The position numbers and the translations under genes were made by a program. 64,000 nt of DNA from an uncultured delta proteobacterium (GTDB lineage: Bacteria > Myxococcota > Myxococcia > Myxococcales > Myxococcaceae): contig CAWCKH010000004.1 in assembly GCA_963796055.1 (NCBI GenBank), positions 3,040,001-3,104,000 of the forward strand, written 5' to 3'. Under the pieces are notes generated by a model. It was not told where the DNA came from and ran no database searches. It saw only the letters and a program-made list of their open reading frames with translations. This document shows positions 53,521-62,794 of this stretch, piece by piece. Positions within the stretch are counted from its first letter, which is position 1. Each line of letters begins with the position of its first letter.

Positions 53521-55246
53521 AGTCCAGGACGCGCCCCAGCCGCACGTCGTCGGGGTAGGGGATGGGGTCCGGCTGCCGCCCGGCGCGGATGTCCTCCTGC
53601 CGGGCGATCCACCACGCCGGGTCGAGCAGCTCGCCGTGCATCTCCACGAACAGCTCGCGCAGCCGCCCCGGCGGGAAGAGGAAGCGCAGGAACTCCTCGG
53701 GGAACACGTCCCGCACCCCCACGTGGAACCAGGGCTCGGCGGACGACTCCTCGGCGTCGTCGCGCGCGGTGGGCATCCGGCGGAAGTTGACCTCGGTCAA
53801 GAGCGAGATCTCGTCGTAGTCGTAAAAGACCACCCGCCCGCGCCCGGTCATCCCGAAGTTCTTGAGCAGGAGATCTCCGGGGAAGATGTTCGCCTCGGCG
53901 AGGTCGTGGATCGCCCGGCCGAACTCGCGTACCCCGTGGCTCTGCTGCGCCGGGTCCGCGTGGTCGAGCCAGAGGTCGAGCGGCGTCATCCGGCGCTCGA
54001 CGTACAGGTGCTTCAGCACCAGTCGATCCCCCTCGCGCTCCACGTTGAGGGCGCAGGAGCGCTCCAGCTCCTCGATGACCGCGGGGTGCATGCGCTCGGC
54101 AGGGAACAGCACGTCCGAGTACTCCAGGGCGTCGGGGAGCCGCCCCACCCGGTCGTGGTACTTCACCAGCAGATACTTCGCCCGGACCTCCTCGTGGGTG
54201 ACCTGCTTCGGCGGGGGGAACTCGTCCCGGATGACCTTGAACACCCAGGGGAACGAGGGGAGGGTGAAGACCATCATCACCATCCCGCGCGCGCCCGGCG
54301 CCGGCACGAAGGCGTCGGTGGAGTGCTTCAGGTTCGATATGAGATCTCGGTAGAAGAGGGTCTTGCCCTGCTTCTGCAGCCCCACCGAGGTGTACAGCTC
54401 GGCCTTGGACTTCCCCGGCATCAGCTGGTTGAGGAAGGCGACGTACTCGGCGGGCACGTCCATGTCGACGATGAAGTAGGCCCGGGAGAGGCTGAACAGC
54501 GCGGCCAGGTGCTCGCCCTTGAGCAGCAGCGCGTCCACGTACAGCCCGGCACCCGACGGCGCATGCCGGATGCAGGCCACGAACGGCGTCTGGTGGTTTC
54601 CGTTCAGCAGCCGCCCCACCACGTACGCTCCCACGTCGCGGAAGAAGAGCGAGGACAGCAGCTGCACCTGGAAGTTGAGCTGGCGCTCGCGCTGGCCGGG
54701 CAGATGCTCGCGGAAGGTGATCAGCACCTTGCGGAGGTCGCGCCGCAGGTTCTCGAAGGGGACCGACAGCCCCAGGCTCCGGGCGATGGCGGTGAAGGTG
54801 GACAACAGGTTCCTGGCCGTGGGGTACCAGGACCTCCAGGTCACCTCGTCCGCCTCGATGAACTCGGTGGCCACCGCCTGGCGCCAGAAGATGTACTCGT
54901 TCCGGTAGTAGGTGCGGTCGAGCACCCGGCAGGCGACGGAGTTGTAGAAGGTCTCGGCGCACTCCGGCCGCTTGTGCTCGTAGAGGAGGCCAATGAGCGC
55001 CTGCTTCACCTGCGGCCACAGGGTCTCGTCGGTGCGCGCGTCCGGATGGAGCCGCAGGACCGACTCCACGGACTCGCGGACCCGCGCGTCGTAGGTCCCG
55101 ATCCACAGCCGGTTCAGCGCGTGAGCCCCCTCGCGGTCGCCCCTCTCGAAGCAGGCCTTGGCCGCAGCGCTCTGCGCCCGGAACTGCGCCCAGCGCTTCT
55201 CGAAACCGTCCAGGATGGTGCGGGCGATCGCCTGTGGGGTGCTCAT
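53519..55246 (-). CDS. aceK: Isocitrate dehydrogenase kinase/phosphatase
   Basis: AETFYNSV, APGARGMVMMVF, VFKVIRD, HDRVGR, NIFPGDLLLKNFG, VVFYDYDEI. Confidence 0.96.
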   Translation of the reverse strand: MSTPQAIARTILDGFEKRWAQFRAQSAAAKACFERGDREGAHALNRLWIGTYDARVRESVESVLRLHPDARTDETLWPQVKQALIGLLYEHKRPECAETFYNSVACRVLDRTYYRNEYIFWRQAVATEFIEADEVTWRSWYPTARNLLSTFTAIARSLGLSVPFENLRRDLRKVLITFREHLPGQRERQLNFQVQLLSSLFFRDVGAYVVGRLLNGNHQTPFVACIRHAPSGAGLYVDALLLKGEHLAALFSLSRAYFIVDMDVPAEYVAFLNQLMPGKSKAELYTSVGLQKQGKTLFYRDLISNLKHSTDAFVPAPGARGMVMMVFTLPSFPWVFKVIRDEFPPPKQVTHEEVRAKYLLVKYHDRVGRLPDALEYSDVLFPAERMHPAVIEELERSCALNVEREGDRLVLKHLYVERRMTPLDLWLDHADPAQQSHGVREFGRAIHDLAEANIFPGDLLLKNFGMTGRGRVVFYDYDEISLLTEVNFRRMPTARDDAEESSAEPWFHVGVRDVFPEEFLRFLFPPGRLRELFVEMHGELLDPAWWIARQEDIRAGRQPDPIPYPDDVRLGRVLD

Positions 55247-55367
55247 CGTTGCTGTCGGATCGCAGCATTCTCGCAGGGTTCGGCACCGGTGATGCATCAC
55301 CCGCTGACGATCCGGGCGTTGTCCTCGAGGGCGGGGCCGTGGCACGTTGCCCCGTGCCCCCCCCGGG

Positions 55368-56021
55368 ATGGCGATGCCCGAGCAACACTTCGAGGAGATC
55401 CGTGACGCCTGCGCGCACCTGCACGCCCGCGGGTTGCTCGCCGCGGCGGACGGAAACGTCAGCCTGCGGTTGCCGGACGACAGCATCCTCCTCACCCCGG
55501 CGGGAGTGAACAAGGCACGGCTCCGTCCGGGGTCGCTCGCCCGGATCACGCTCGACGGGCGCATCCTCGAAGGAACGCCCTCCACCGAGCGGGCGATGCA
55601 CCTCGCCATCTACCGCACCTGCCCCGACGCACGGGTCGTCGTCCACGCCCACCCGCCCACCGCGATCGCCTGGACGCTCGCCCGGCCCGAGCTGACCGAG
55701 CTGCCGACGGACGCACTTCCCGAGCTGCTCCTCGCCGCCGGGCGGGTACCGGTTGCCCCCTATGCGCGCCCCGGCACCGAGGAGATGGGGACGGTTCTCC
55801 TGCCGTTCCTCCCGGCGCACCGGCTGCTGCTGCTCGCGCGCCACGGTGCGCTCGCCTGGGGGGAGTCGATGGAGGAGGCGATCAACGGCATCGAGCGCGT
55901 GGAGCACAGCGCGCTCATCCTCAAGTCTGCGGAGGAGCTCGGGGGGGCGACGCCGCTGCCGCCGCTGGAGCTGGAGGAGCTCCGGGTGCTCCGGGCGCGC
56001 ATCGGCCCGAGGCTCCTGTGA
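55368..56021 (+). CDS. Class II aldolase/adducin family protein (Ald2/FucA/MtnB-like)
   Basis: DGNVS, LTPAG, PSTERAMH, VHAHP, RHGAL. Confidence 0.9.
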   Translation: MAMPEQHFEEIRDACAHLHARGLLAAADGNVSLRLPDDSILLTPAGVNKARLRPGSLARITLDGRILEGTPSTERAMHLAIYRTCPDARVVVHAHPPTAIAWTLARPELTELPTDALPELLLAAGRVPVAPYARPGTEEMGTVLLPFLPAHRLLLLARHGALAWGESMEEAINGIERVEHSALILKSAEELGGATPLPPLELEELRVLRARIGPRLL

Positions 56022-57037
56022 AGCGCATCGAGGGCGGCGTCGCGCTCCGCTGCGACGGGACGCGTCTCGAGGTCCTGGACCAGACCAGGCTTCCGGACGC
56101 CGAGGTGTGGCTCGACGGGAGCGAGCCCGGGGCGATGGTGGGCCACATCCAGCGGCTCTCGGTCCGGGGAGCGCCGCTCATCGGCGTCGCCGCGGCCCTG
56201 AGCGTGGCGGCCGCTGCCGAGCGGGGGGCGGACGGGACCTCGCTCCGGAGCGCGGTGGCCCGGCTCCGCGAGGCGCGCCCCACGGCGGTGAATCTGGCGT
56301 CGGCCATGGACCGGCTGCGGGCGGTGCTCGACGCCGGTGGGAGCGCGGGGGACCTGGTCCACGAGGCGGAGGCGATCCACGCCGAGGACGTCGCCGCGTG
56401 CGCGCGGATGGGCGAGCTCGGCGCCGCCCTGGTGAGTCCCGGTGAGCAGCTGCTCACCCACTGCAACGCCGGGGCGCTGGCCACCGCGGGAATCGGCAGC
56501 GCCCTGGGCGTCATCCATCGCGCGCACGCCCGCGGCCTCGACATTCACGTGTGGGTGGACGAGACCCGCCCGATGCTCCAGGGGGCCCGGCTCACCGCCT
56601 GGGAGCTGGGTCGGCTGGGAGTTCCGTACACCCTGGTCACCGACGGCATGGCGGGGACGCTCTTCCGGGCAGGAAAGGTGAACCGCGTCGTGGTCGGCGC
56701 GGACCGGGTCGCCCGCAACGGCGACGTGGCGAACAAGATCGGAACCTACGCGGTGGCGGTGCTCGCCCGCGCCCACGGCGTGCCGTTCCACGTGGTGGCC
56801 CCGTGGTCGACGGTCGACCTCGACTGCCCCACCGGAGAGGCGATTCCCATCGAGCAACGTGCGGCGGACGAGGTGCGCGGCGCCCGCGGACTCCAGTGGG
56901 CCCCGGCCGGGGCGCCGGTGTTCAATCCCGCGTTCGACGTCACCCCGGCGGCGCTGGTGACGTCGCTGGTGACCGAGCGGGGCGTGGTCGACGGCGCCGC
57001 GCTCGCCGCTGGACGGCTGGCCCTGCTCGCACCGTGA
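56018..57037 (+). CDS. mtnA: S-methyl-5-thioribose-1-phosphate isomerase
   Basis: LDQTRLP, VRGAPLIG, RPTAVNL, THCNAGALAT, DETRP, ANKIGTY, NPAFDVTP. Confidence 0.96.
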   Translation: MKRIEGGVALRCDGTRLEVLDQTRLPDAEVWLDGSEPGAMVGHIQRLSVRGAPLIGVAAALSVAAAAERGADGTSLRSAVARLREARPTAVNLASAMDRLRAVLDAGGSAGDLVHEAEAIHAEDVAACARMGELGAALVSPGEQLLTHCNAGALATAGIGSALGVIHRAHARGLDIHVWVDETRPMLQGARLTAWELGRLGVPYTLVTDGMAGTLFRAGKVNRVVVGADRVARNGDVANKIGTYAVAVLARAHGVPFHVVAPWSTVDLDCPTGEAIPIEQRAADEVRGARGLQWAPAGAPVFNPAFDVTPAALVTSLVTERGVVDGAALAAGRLALLAP

Positions 57038-57062
57038 GGAGCCAGCGCCCGGCCGGGGACCG

Positions 57063-58541
57063 TCAGGCGCGGAGCCCGAAGATCGACCGGAGGCGATCGA
57101 GGATCCAGTTGGCTTCCCGCACCTCGACCACCGTCCCGTTCGCCTCGGCCACCGCCCGCAGCTGGCCCCGGCGTCGCGCCAGGGCCTCGGAGAGGAGCCC
57201 CGCCAGCGCCGGCTGCTCGTCGAACAGCTGGGCGAACGTCGGCCGGTCCAATTCGAACAGCACCGCGTCTTCTGCGGCGACCACCGTCGCCGACCGCGGC
57301 TCGCCGGTGAGGAGCGACATCTCGCCGAAGTACTGCCCCCGCCCCAGCCGGGTCACCTCCACCCCGCGTGCGGTGAGGATGGAGACGCTTCCCGAGGCCA
57401 CCACGTAGAATGTCTGGCCGGGCGCGCCCTGCTCGATGACCCGCTCTCCGCGGCCGAACCGGCGCGGCACCATCTCGTGCGCCACCCGCTCGCGCTCGCC
57501 CGGGCCGAGCACCCGGAAGAGGTCAACCTCGTCGAGCAGCGCGATCCGGCTCGACACCGGGAATTCCGCCGTCGTTTGTTCCGGGAAGCGATGGTGGACC
57601 ACCTGCTGGTCGTAGGGCACCTCGATGCCCTCGCGCCGCAGCCGGTACCAGAGCCGGGTCAGGATCTCGTCGCGCACCCCGTTCCCGCGCGACACGTCCG
57701 ACACGTAGAAGCGGATCCGGTACTTGATGCCCGAGCTGTCGTAGGACCAGGTCCGCACCCGGGCCGCCGGCTCGGCGAGGATGAGCGGCACCTCGGCCAG
57801 CGTCTCGCGCAGCACGGCTTTCACCCGGTTCGGCGGGGTGTCGTAGCTGAGGACCAGGAAGGTGTCGAAGCCCACCGGTTCGCCGCCACGCGAGAAGTTC
57901 TTCACCCCCTGCTTGCTGAAGGTGGTGTTGGGGATGGAGATGATCTCCCGGCGCTTGTTCTCCACCCGGGTGGCGCGCCAGCCGATCTGCACGATGCGCC
58001 CGAAGACGTCGGTGCCCACCCCGACGACGTCGCCCACCTGGAATGGACGCTCGAGCTGGATGGCCAGGCCGGCGAACAGGTTCCCCAGCGTCTCCTGGAG
58101 CGCCAGACCGATGACCACCGAGACGATGGCCGAGCCGGCGAGCAGGCTGGAGAGGTCGATGCGGAACTCGCGCTGGACGATGATCAACGTCGCGACCAGG
58201 TACAGCGTGCCGTCCAGCACGTCCCGGAGGATCTTCGGCGTGGGCCGCGAGCGCAGCCGGGCCAGCTTCAGCAGCACCGAGACGGCGAGCCGGATGAAAC
58301 CGAAAGTGAGGGCCAGCATCCACGCCAGCTCGAGCACCTGGTGGAGGCCCCGGGGCAGCTGGGTCCCCCGGTAGAGGTCCACCGTGCGCAGGATGAGGTA
58401 CCCGGCCAGGAGCGAGGCCGCGCCGCGCAGGTCGCGCTTGAACTGCGGGTCTGCACTGAGCGCCTGGAGCCCGATGAGAGTGACCACGAGCCCCGCGCAG
58501 GCGGTGAACAGCCCATTGCTCTGGAGCAGTTGGAGCACCAA
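57063..58541 (-). CDS. MscS-family channel with C-terminal cNMP-binding domain
   Basis: GLALQETLGNLFAG, ERPFQVGD, IGWRAT; YFGEMSLLTGEPRSATV. Confidence 0.93.
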   Translation of the reverse strand: MVLQLLQSNGLFTACAGLVVTLIGLQALSADPQFKRDLRGAASLLAGYLILRTVDLYRGTQLPRGLHQVLELAWMLALTFGFIRLAVSVLLKLARLRSRPTPKILRDVLDGTLYLVATLIIVQREFRIDLSSLLAGSAIVSVVIGLALQETLGNLFAGLAIQLERPFQVGDVVGVGTDVFGRIVQIGWRATRVENKRREIISIPNTTFSKQGVKNFSRGGEPVGFDTFLVLSYDTPPNRVKAVLRETLAEVPLILAEPAARVRTWSYDSSGIKYRIRFYVSDVSRGNGVRDEILTRLWYRLRREGIEVPYDQQVVHHRFPEQTTAEFPVSSRIALLDEVDLFRVLGPGERERVAHEMVPRRFGRGERVIEQGAPGQTFYVVASGSVSILTARGVEVTRLGRGQYFGEMSLLTGEPRSATVVAAEDAVLFELDRPTFAQLFDEQPALAGLLSEALARRRGQLRAVAEANGTVVEVREANWILDRLRSIFGLRA

Positions 58542-58627
58542 GCGCGGGGCGGAGGATGCGGGTCGCTCGGTAGCCCCGTCAAGGTTGACGAAGGCAGCGG
58601 GCAGAGAGCATGTGAGAAGTGCTTCCG

Positions 58628-59651
58628 ATGACCCTCTCCGACGTCCAGGGACAGCCCCGTGCCGTCCACGCGCTCCAGGCCGCTCTGGCGCACGGCACGG
58701 TGCCCCATGCGTGGCTGCTGACCGGGCCCTCGGGGGTGGGCAAGGAGCTGGCGGCGCTGGGCATGGCCCAGGCGCTGGTCTGTCCCGTCTCCCCGCTGGT
58801 CGGCTGCGGGAAGTGCCCGGCCTGTACCCGGGTCTCCCACTTCCATCACCCGGACGTGCTGTGGCTGATGCCCGAGGAGGAGGCCGTCCGGCGGAAGCTC
58901 GCTGCCCGGAGCGACTTCGACCACGTGCCGTCGAGGGAGATCCGCGTGGACCAGGTGCGGCGGCTTCAAGAGAGGCTCGCCCTCCGCCCGCTCGAGGCGC
59001 CCCGCAAGGTGGTTCTTCTGCTACCCGCCGAGGCGATGAACCCCCAGGCGCAGAACGCCTTCCTCAAGACGCTCGAGGAACCACCGCCGGACACGGTGCT
59101 GCTGCTGGTCTCCGCCGCGCCGGACCGGCTCCTCCCCACCCTGCGGAGCCGGTGCGTCCGGGTGGCGTTCGGGCCCCTGCCCCACGCCTTCGTGCGCGGG
59201 GGAGGTCCAACGCCGCCTCGAGGTCACCGACGAGGTGGCCGAGGCGGTGGCCTCACTGGCCGACGGGAGCCTCGAGCGCGCGCTCTCGCTCGACGCCGAC
59301 CGCCTGGCGGACCGGCGCGGGCGCATCGAGCGCTTCGAGGCGGTGACCGGCAAGGACCTCCGGACGGTGCTGCGCTTCGCCGACGAGGCCGGGAACAGCC
59401 GGGAGGAGGCCGAGGCGACGCTCGCCCTGCTCACCGTCTGGGTGCGCGACGTGGCGGTGGCCCGTGCCGGGGGTGACAGCCTGTTCCACCCCGAGCTGAG
59501 GCCGCTGGCCGAGCGGGTGGCCAGCAGTCTGGACGACGACGCGCTGCACCGCCGCTTCCGCCTGCTCGACGACGCGATGGTGGCCATTCGCCAGCGGAAC
59601 GCCTCCCCGCGGCTGCAGCTCGAGCGCATGCTGCTGGAGATGGAGGGATGA
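58628..59651 (+). CDS. holB: DNA polymerase III delta-prime subunit, split by a +1 frameshift at G5 59198-59202
   Basis: HAWLLTGPSGVGK, CGKCPAC, HPD, QNAFLKTLEEP, TLRSRC in ORF 58619..59476; C-terminus in ORF 59235..59651; removing one G joins them. Confidence 0.9.
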
Positions 59652-60976
59652 GCGATTCCCTCGCCCCGCTGCTCGCCGCGGTGAAGGCCGGGACGGTGCG
59701 GCCGCTGTACCTCTGCTGGGGCGAGGAGTTCCTGGTGCGGCGCGATGCCGAGGCCCTGGCCCACGCCCTGGTCCCCGAGGCCGCGGCAGGCCTGAACTTC
59801 GCGGTGCTGGATGCGGCCTCGCCACGGGAGATCGCCGCCGAGCTCCTCACCCTGCCGCTCTTTCCCGGCCGGAAGGTGGCCCTGGTGCGCGACCCGGAGT
59901 TCCTCGCCCCGAAGAAGGGCCGGGTGGACGCCCTGGGCAAGGTGCGCGAGGCGTGGAAGGCCGGAAGGCGAAAGGAGTCCGCCCGCCGGCTGCTGGCGCT
60001 CGTCGCCCGGGCGGGCTGGGGCCCGGCCGAGGTCGACCCGTCGGTACCCGGAGCCCCTTCGCCCGAGGCGTGGAGGGAGGAGCTGGGCATCGCCCTGGCC
60101 GACGCCGACCTCGACTGGCTTCGCGAGATGGCCGCCTTCATCCGTGAGGAGCGGGTGACCGCACCCGAGTCGGACGTGTCCCCTCTCCTCTCGGCGCTGG
60201 AGCGGGGGTTGCCCGAGGGGCACGCGCTGATCATCGCCGCCACCGACGTGGACCCGCGCCATCCGCTCCTCAAGGCCGCGCAGAAGCAGGGCGCGGTGGT
60301 GGAAAGGAAGGTGGGCGGGCGGCTCCGGGACCTCGACCTCAGCGGGGCGGCCCGGAGCTTCCTCGACGGAACGGGGAAGCGCCTCGGTCCCGGCGCGGAG
60401 GAGGCCTTGCGCGACCGGCTCGGGGGGCAGATGCGCCTGCTCCAGTCCGAGCTGGAGAAGCTGGTGGCCTACGTGCAGGAGCCGGTCATCCGGCGCGAGG
60501 ACGTGGAGCAGGTGGTCGCCCGGGTGCGGGAGGAGGAGTTCCTCGAGCTGTCGGACGCGCTGCAGAAGAGAGACCTCGCCGCGGCGCTCCACTACGTGGA
60601 CGAGGCCCTGGAGCACGGGGCCGCCCCGCTGATGATCCTCGGAGCGGTGGCCAGCGTGGTCCGGGGGTTGATCGAGTCCCACGAGCGGATGACGCAGCTC
60701 GGCCGCGGGCAGCCGCCCCGCAGCTTCGACGAGTTCAAGTCTCGTATCTTTCCCGGGGTGGAGCGCGAGGCGCGACAGCACGGCCAGCGCGTGCCGCACC
60801 CCTGGGCTGCCTTCCTGGGGATGCAGGCCGCGGCGCGCTACGGACGCCCGGCGCTCCGTCGAGGGTTGCTCGCCTGTGCCGAGGCCGACGTGGCCCTCAA
60901 ATCGTCCGGGGCGGGGAAGCTGGTGCTCGAGCGGCTGTTGTGGACCGTGTGTCCCCCCGTCCGAGGCCCGGCTTAA
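59648..60976 (+). CDS. holA: DNA polymerase III delta subunit
   Basis: PLYLCWGEEFL, TLPLFPGRKV, SELEKLVAY, DVALKSS, LERLL. Confidence 0.88.
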   Translation: MSDSLAPLLAAVKAGTVRPLYLCWGEEFLVRRDAEALAHALVPEAAAGLNFAVLDAASPREIAAELLTLPLFPGRKVALVRDPEFLAPKKGRVDALGKVREAWKAGRRKESARRLLALVARAGWGPAEVDPSVPGAPSPEAWREELGIALADADLDWLREMAAFIREERVTAPESDVSPLLSALERGLPEGHALIIAATDVDPRHPLLKAAQKQGAVVERKVGGRLRDLDLSGAARSFLDGTGKRLGPGAEEALRDRLGGQMRLLQSELEKLVAYVQEPVIRREDVEQVVARVREEEFLELSDALQKRDLAAALHYVDEALEHGAAPLMILGAVASVVRGLIESHERMTQLGRGQPPRSFDEFKSRIFPGVEREARQHGQRVPHPWAAFLGMQAAARYGRPALRRGLLACAEADVALKSSGAGKLVLERLLWTVCPPVRGPA

Positions 60977-61022
60977 CCTCCCCTCACACTTCCGGGTTCT
61001 CCCCGGTGTGCTCGCGCTGTCG

Positions 61023-61643
61023 ATGACCCAGAGTGGACGACCCCGGCAGGCGCCGCAGCTGACACTGGTGGGGCCGCGCGCGCCGAGCGACGAGGCCCTG
61101 GTCCGGGCCCATCTGGACGGAGATCCGGCTGCCTTCGGCGCGCTGGTGCAGCGACACCAGCGGCTGGTACTGGCCCTGGTGCGGCGCTACACGCGCTCGC
61201 CGGAGGAGTCCGCGGACCTGGTCCAGCAGGCGTTCCTGCGGGCCTTCGCCGCGGCGGGGCGGGTCTTTCCGCGGATGCGGCTGGGCGAGGAGGGCGCGTT
61301 CCGGGCCTGGCTGCTCCGGGTGGCGGTGAACGTCGGCAAGAACCACGCCCGGGACCGCCACCGCTGGCGGCTCGAACCGGTGGACTCGATGGACCTCCCG
61401 GCCACCGACGGTACCGGGGTGACCGAACGCCTCGAGACCGAGCAGCGCCGCCGGATGGTGCGGGCCGCGCTCGACACGCTCACCCGGCGGCAGCGGGAGG
61501 TGTTCGCGCTCCGGGTGGACGCCGAGCTGCCCTTCGCCGAGGTGGCCCGGGTGCTGGACATCACCGAGAACAACGCCAAGGTCCACTTTCACCATGCGGT
61601 GCGGAGGCTGCGGGAGCGGCTGGGCGGGGAGGGCGGGGAATGA
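61023..61643 (+). CDS. ECF RNA polymerase sigma factor
   Basis: DEALV, AFGALV, DLVQQAF, FRAWLLRVAVN, LTRRQREVFALR, AEVARVL. Confidence 0.93.
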   Translation: MTQSGRPRQAPQLTLVGPRAPSDEALVRAHLDGDPAAFGALVQRHQRLVLALVRRYTRSPEESADLVQQAFLRAFAAAGRVFPRMRLGEEGAFRAWLLRVAVNVGKNHARDRHRWRLEPVDSMDLPATDGTGVTERLETEQRRRMVRAALDTLTRRQREVFALRVDAELPFAEVARVLDITENNAKVHFHHAVRRLRERLGGEGGE

Positions 61644-62155
61644 CCACGGACTGCGAGATGCTGGGAGCGCTGCTCTCCGAGCGCCACCGCGGCGAGCTGT
61701 CGCCGGAACGGGCGCAGGCGCTCGAGGACCACCTGGCCGGCTGTGCCCGGTGCCGGGAGGAGGCGCGAGGCCTGGAGGCGGTGCTGGCGGCGGTGGAGCT
61801 GCCGCCCATCGGCGCCGCGGAGCTCGAGGTGCTCCGGTCCCGGCGGCTCGGCGGGCCCGCCCGTCGGAGGCCGAAGAGCACGGGGTGGCGGTTGCCTGCG
61901 GTGGTGCTGGCGGCCGCGGCGGCGGCGGCCCTGACCATCTCGGTCCGCCCGGCACCGCGCCGGCTCGCCCCGGGCGTCGAGCAGACCGCGACCGCGGTGG
62001 CGCCCCCGGCCGAGGTGCTGCCCGCCGGGGACACGCAGGAGCTCTTCCCGGAGATGAGCGCCGACGCCGACGGCGTCGACGAGACCGTGGACACGGTGGA
62101 AGACGACGCGCTGTCGCTCGAGGGCCCGGGGCTGTTCGGAAATCTGGATGGATAG
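61640..62155 (+). CDS. zf-HC2 (ZAS) anti-sigma factor
   Basis: HLAGCARC, one hydrophobic TM segment; overlaps the sigma stop. Confidence 0.88.
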   Translation: MTTDCEMLGALLSERHRGELSPERAQALEDHLAGCARCREEARGLEAVLAAVELPPIGAAELEVLRSRRLGGPARRRPKSTGWRLPAVVLAAAAAAALTISVRPAPRRLAPGVEQTATAVAPPAEVLPAGDTQELFPEMSADADGVDETVDTVEDDALSLEGPGLFGNLDG

Positions 62156-62174
62156 GCCGAGGAGGAGCAGGACG

Positions 62175-62681
62175 ATGAAGACCTGGATGGTGCTCGGGAT
62201 GGTGTCGCTGGCGGGTGTGGCCCAGGCGGCCAGCCCGAAGAGGGCGGACGACCCGGACTCCGCCGCGCGGCGCGAGCAGCTGGACCAGCGCGTTCAGATG
62301 ATGGTGACCCTGCAGCTCGCCGACGCGCTGGAGCTCGACGACGCCGCGACGTTGAAGCTGCGGCAGACGGTCGCCCAGTGGGAGGCCCAGCGGGCGCCGC
62401 TGCGTCAGCAGATGTTCGATCTGGCCCAGGTGCTCCGCCGCGCCGCGAAGGGTGACACCACCGCCTACGGCCAGGTGGACCAGGCGATCCAGAAGATCAT
62501 CGCCCTCCGCAACCAGATGCACCAAATCGACCAGACCATGTTCCAGCAGCTCTCCCAGGGGCTGCCCCCGCAGAAGAAGGCCAAGCTGGCGCTGGCCATC
62601 GCCCGGATGGGCGGGACGATGCGCGGCATGATGCACGGTGGGCGTGGCGGTCCGCGGGGAGAGCCGGACGACATGCAGTGA
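62175..62681 (+). CDS. Periplasmic helical Spy/CpxP/heavy-metal-sensor-like protein
   Basis: Signal peptide; LADALELDD, Gln/Met-rich helices, LPPQKKAKL; third gene of the ECF module. Confidence 0.65.
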   Translation: MKTWMVLGMVSLAGVAQAASPKRADDPDSAARREQLDQRVQMMVTLQLADALELDDAATLKLRQTVAQWEAQRAPLRQQMFDLAQVLRRAAKGDTTAYGQVDQAIQKIIALRNQMHQIDQTMFQQLSQGLPPQKKAKLALAIARMGGTMRGMMHGGRGGPRGEPDDMQ

Positions 62682-62794
62682 CGGTGTCGTCCGGGCAGTT
62701 CCGCCCGTCGAGGCGGTGACCGGAGCCGTGCAGGAGGAGTTCCGAGCCGCTAGAGTGCCCGGCCCCTCGCTGCACCTCCGGAAGCAACGCCTCG

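Noticed and set aside
58628..59651. holB as a genuine pseudogene
   Set aside because: Essential gene with both halves intact and only one homopolymer indel; an error is more parsimonious
61023..62681. ECF sigma / zf-HC2 anti-sigma / periplasmic helical protein as a novel system
   Set aside because: Common three-gene envelope-stress architecture
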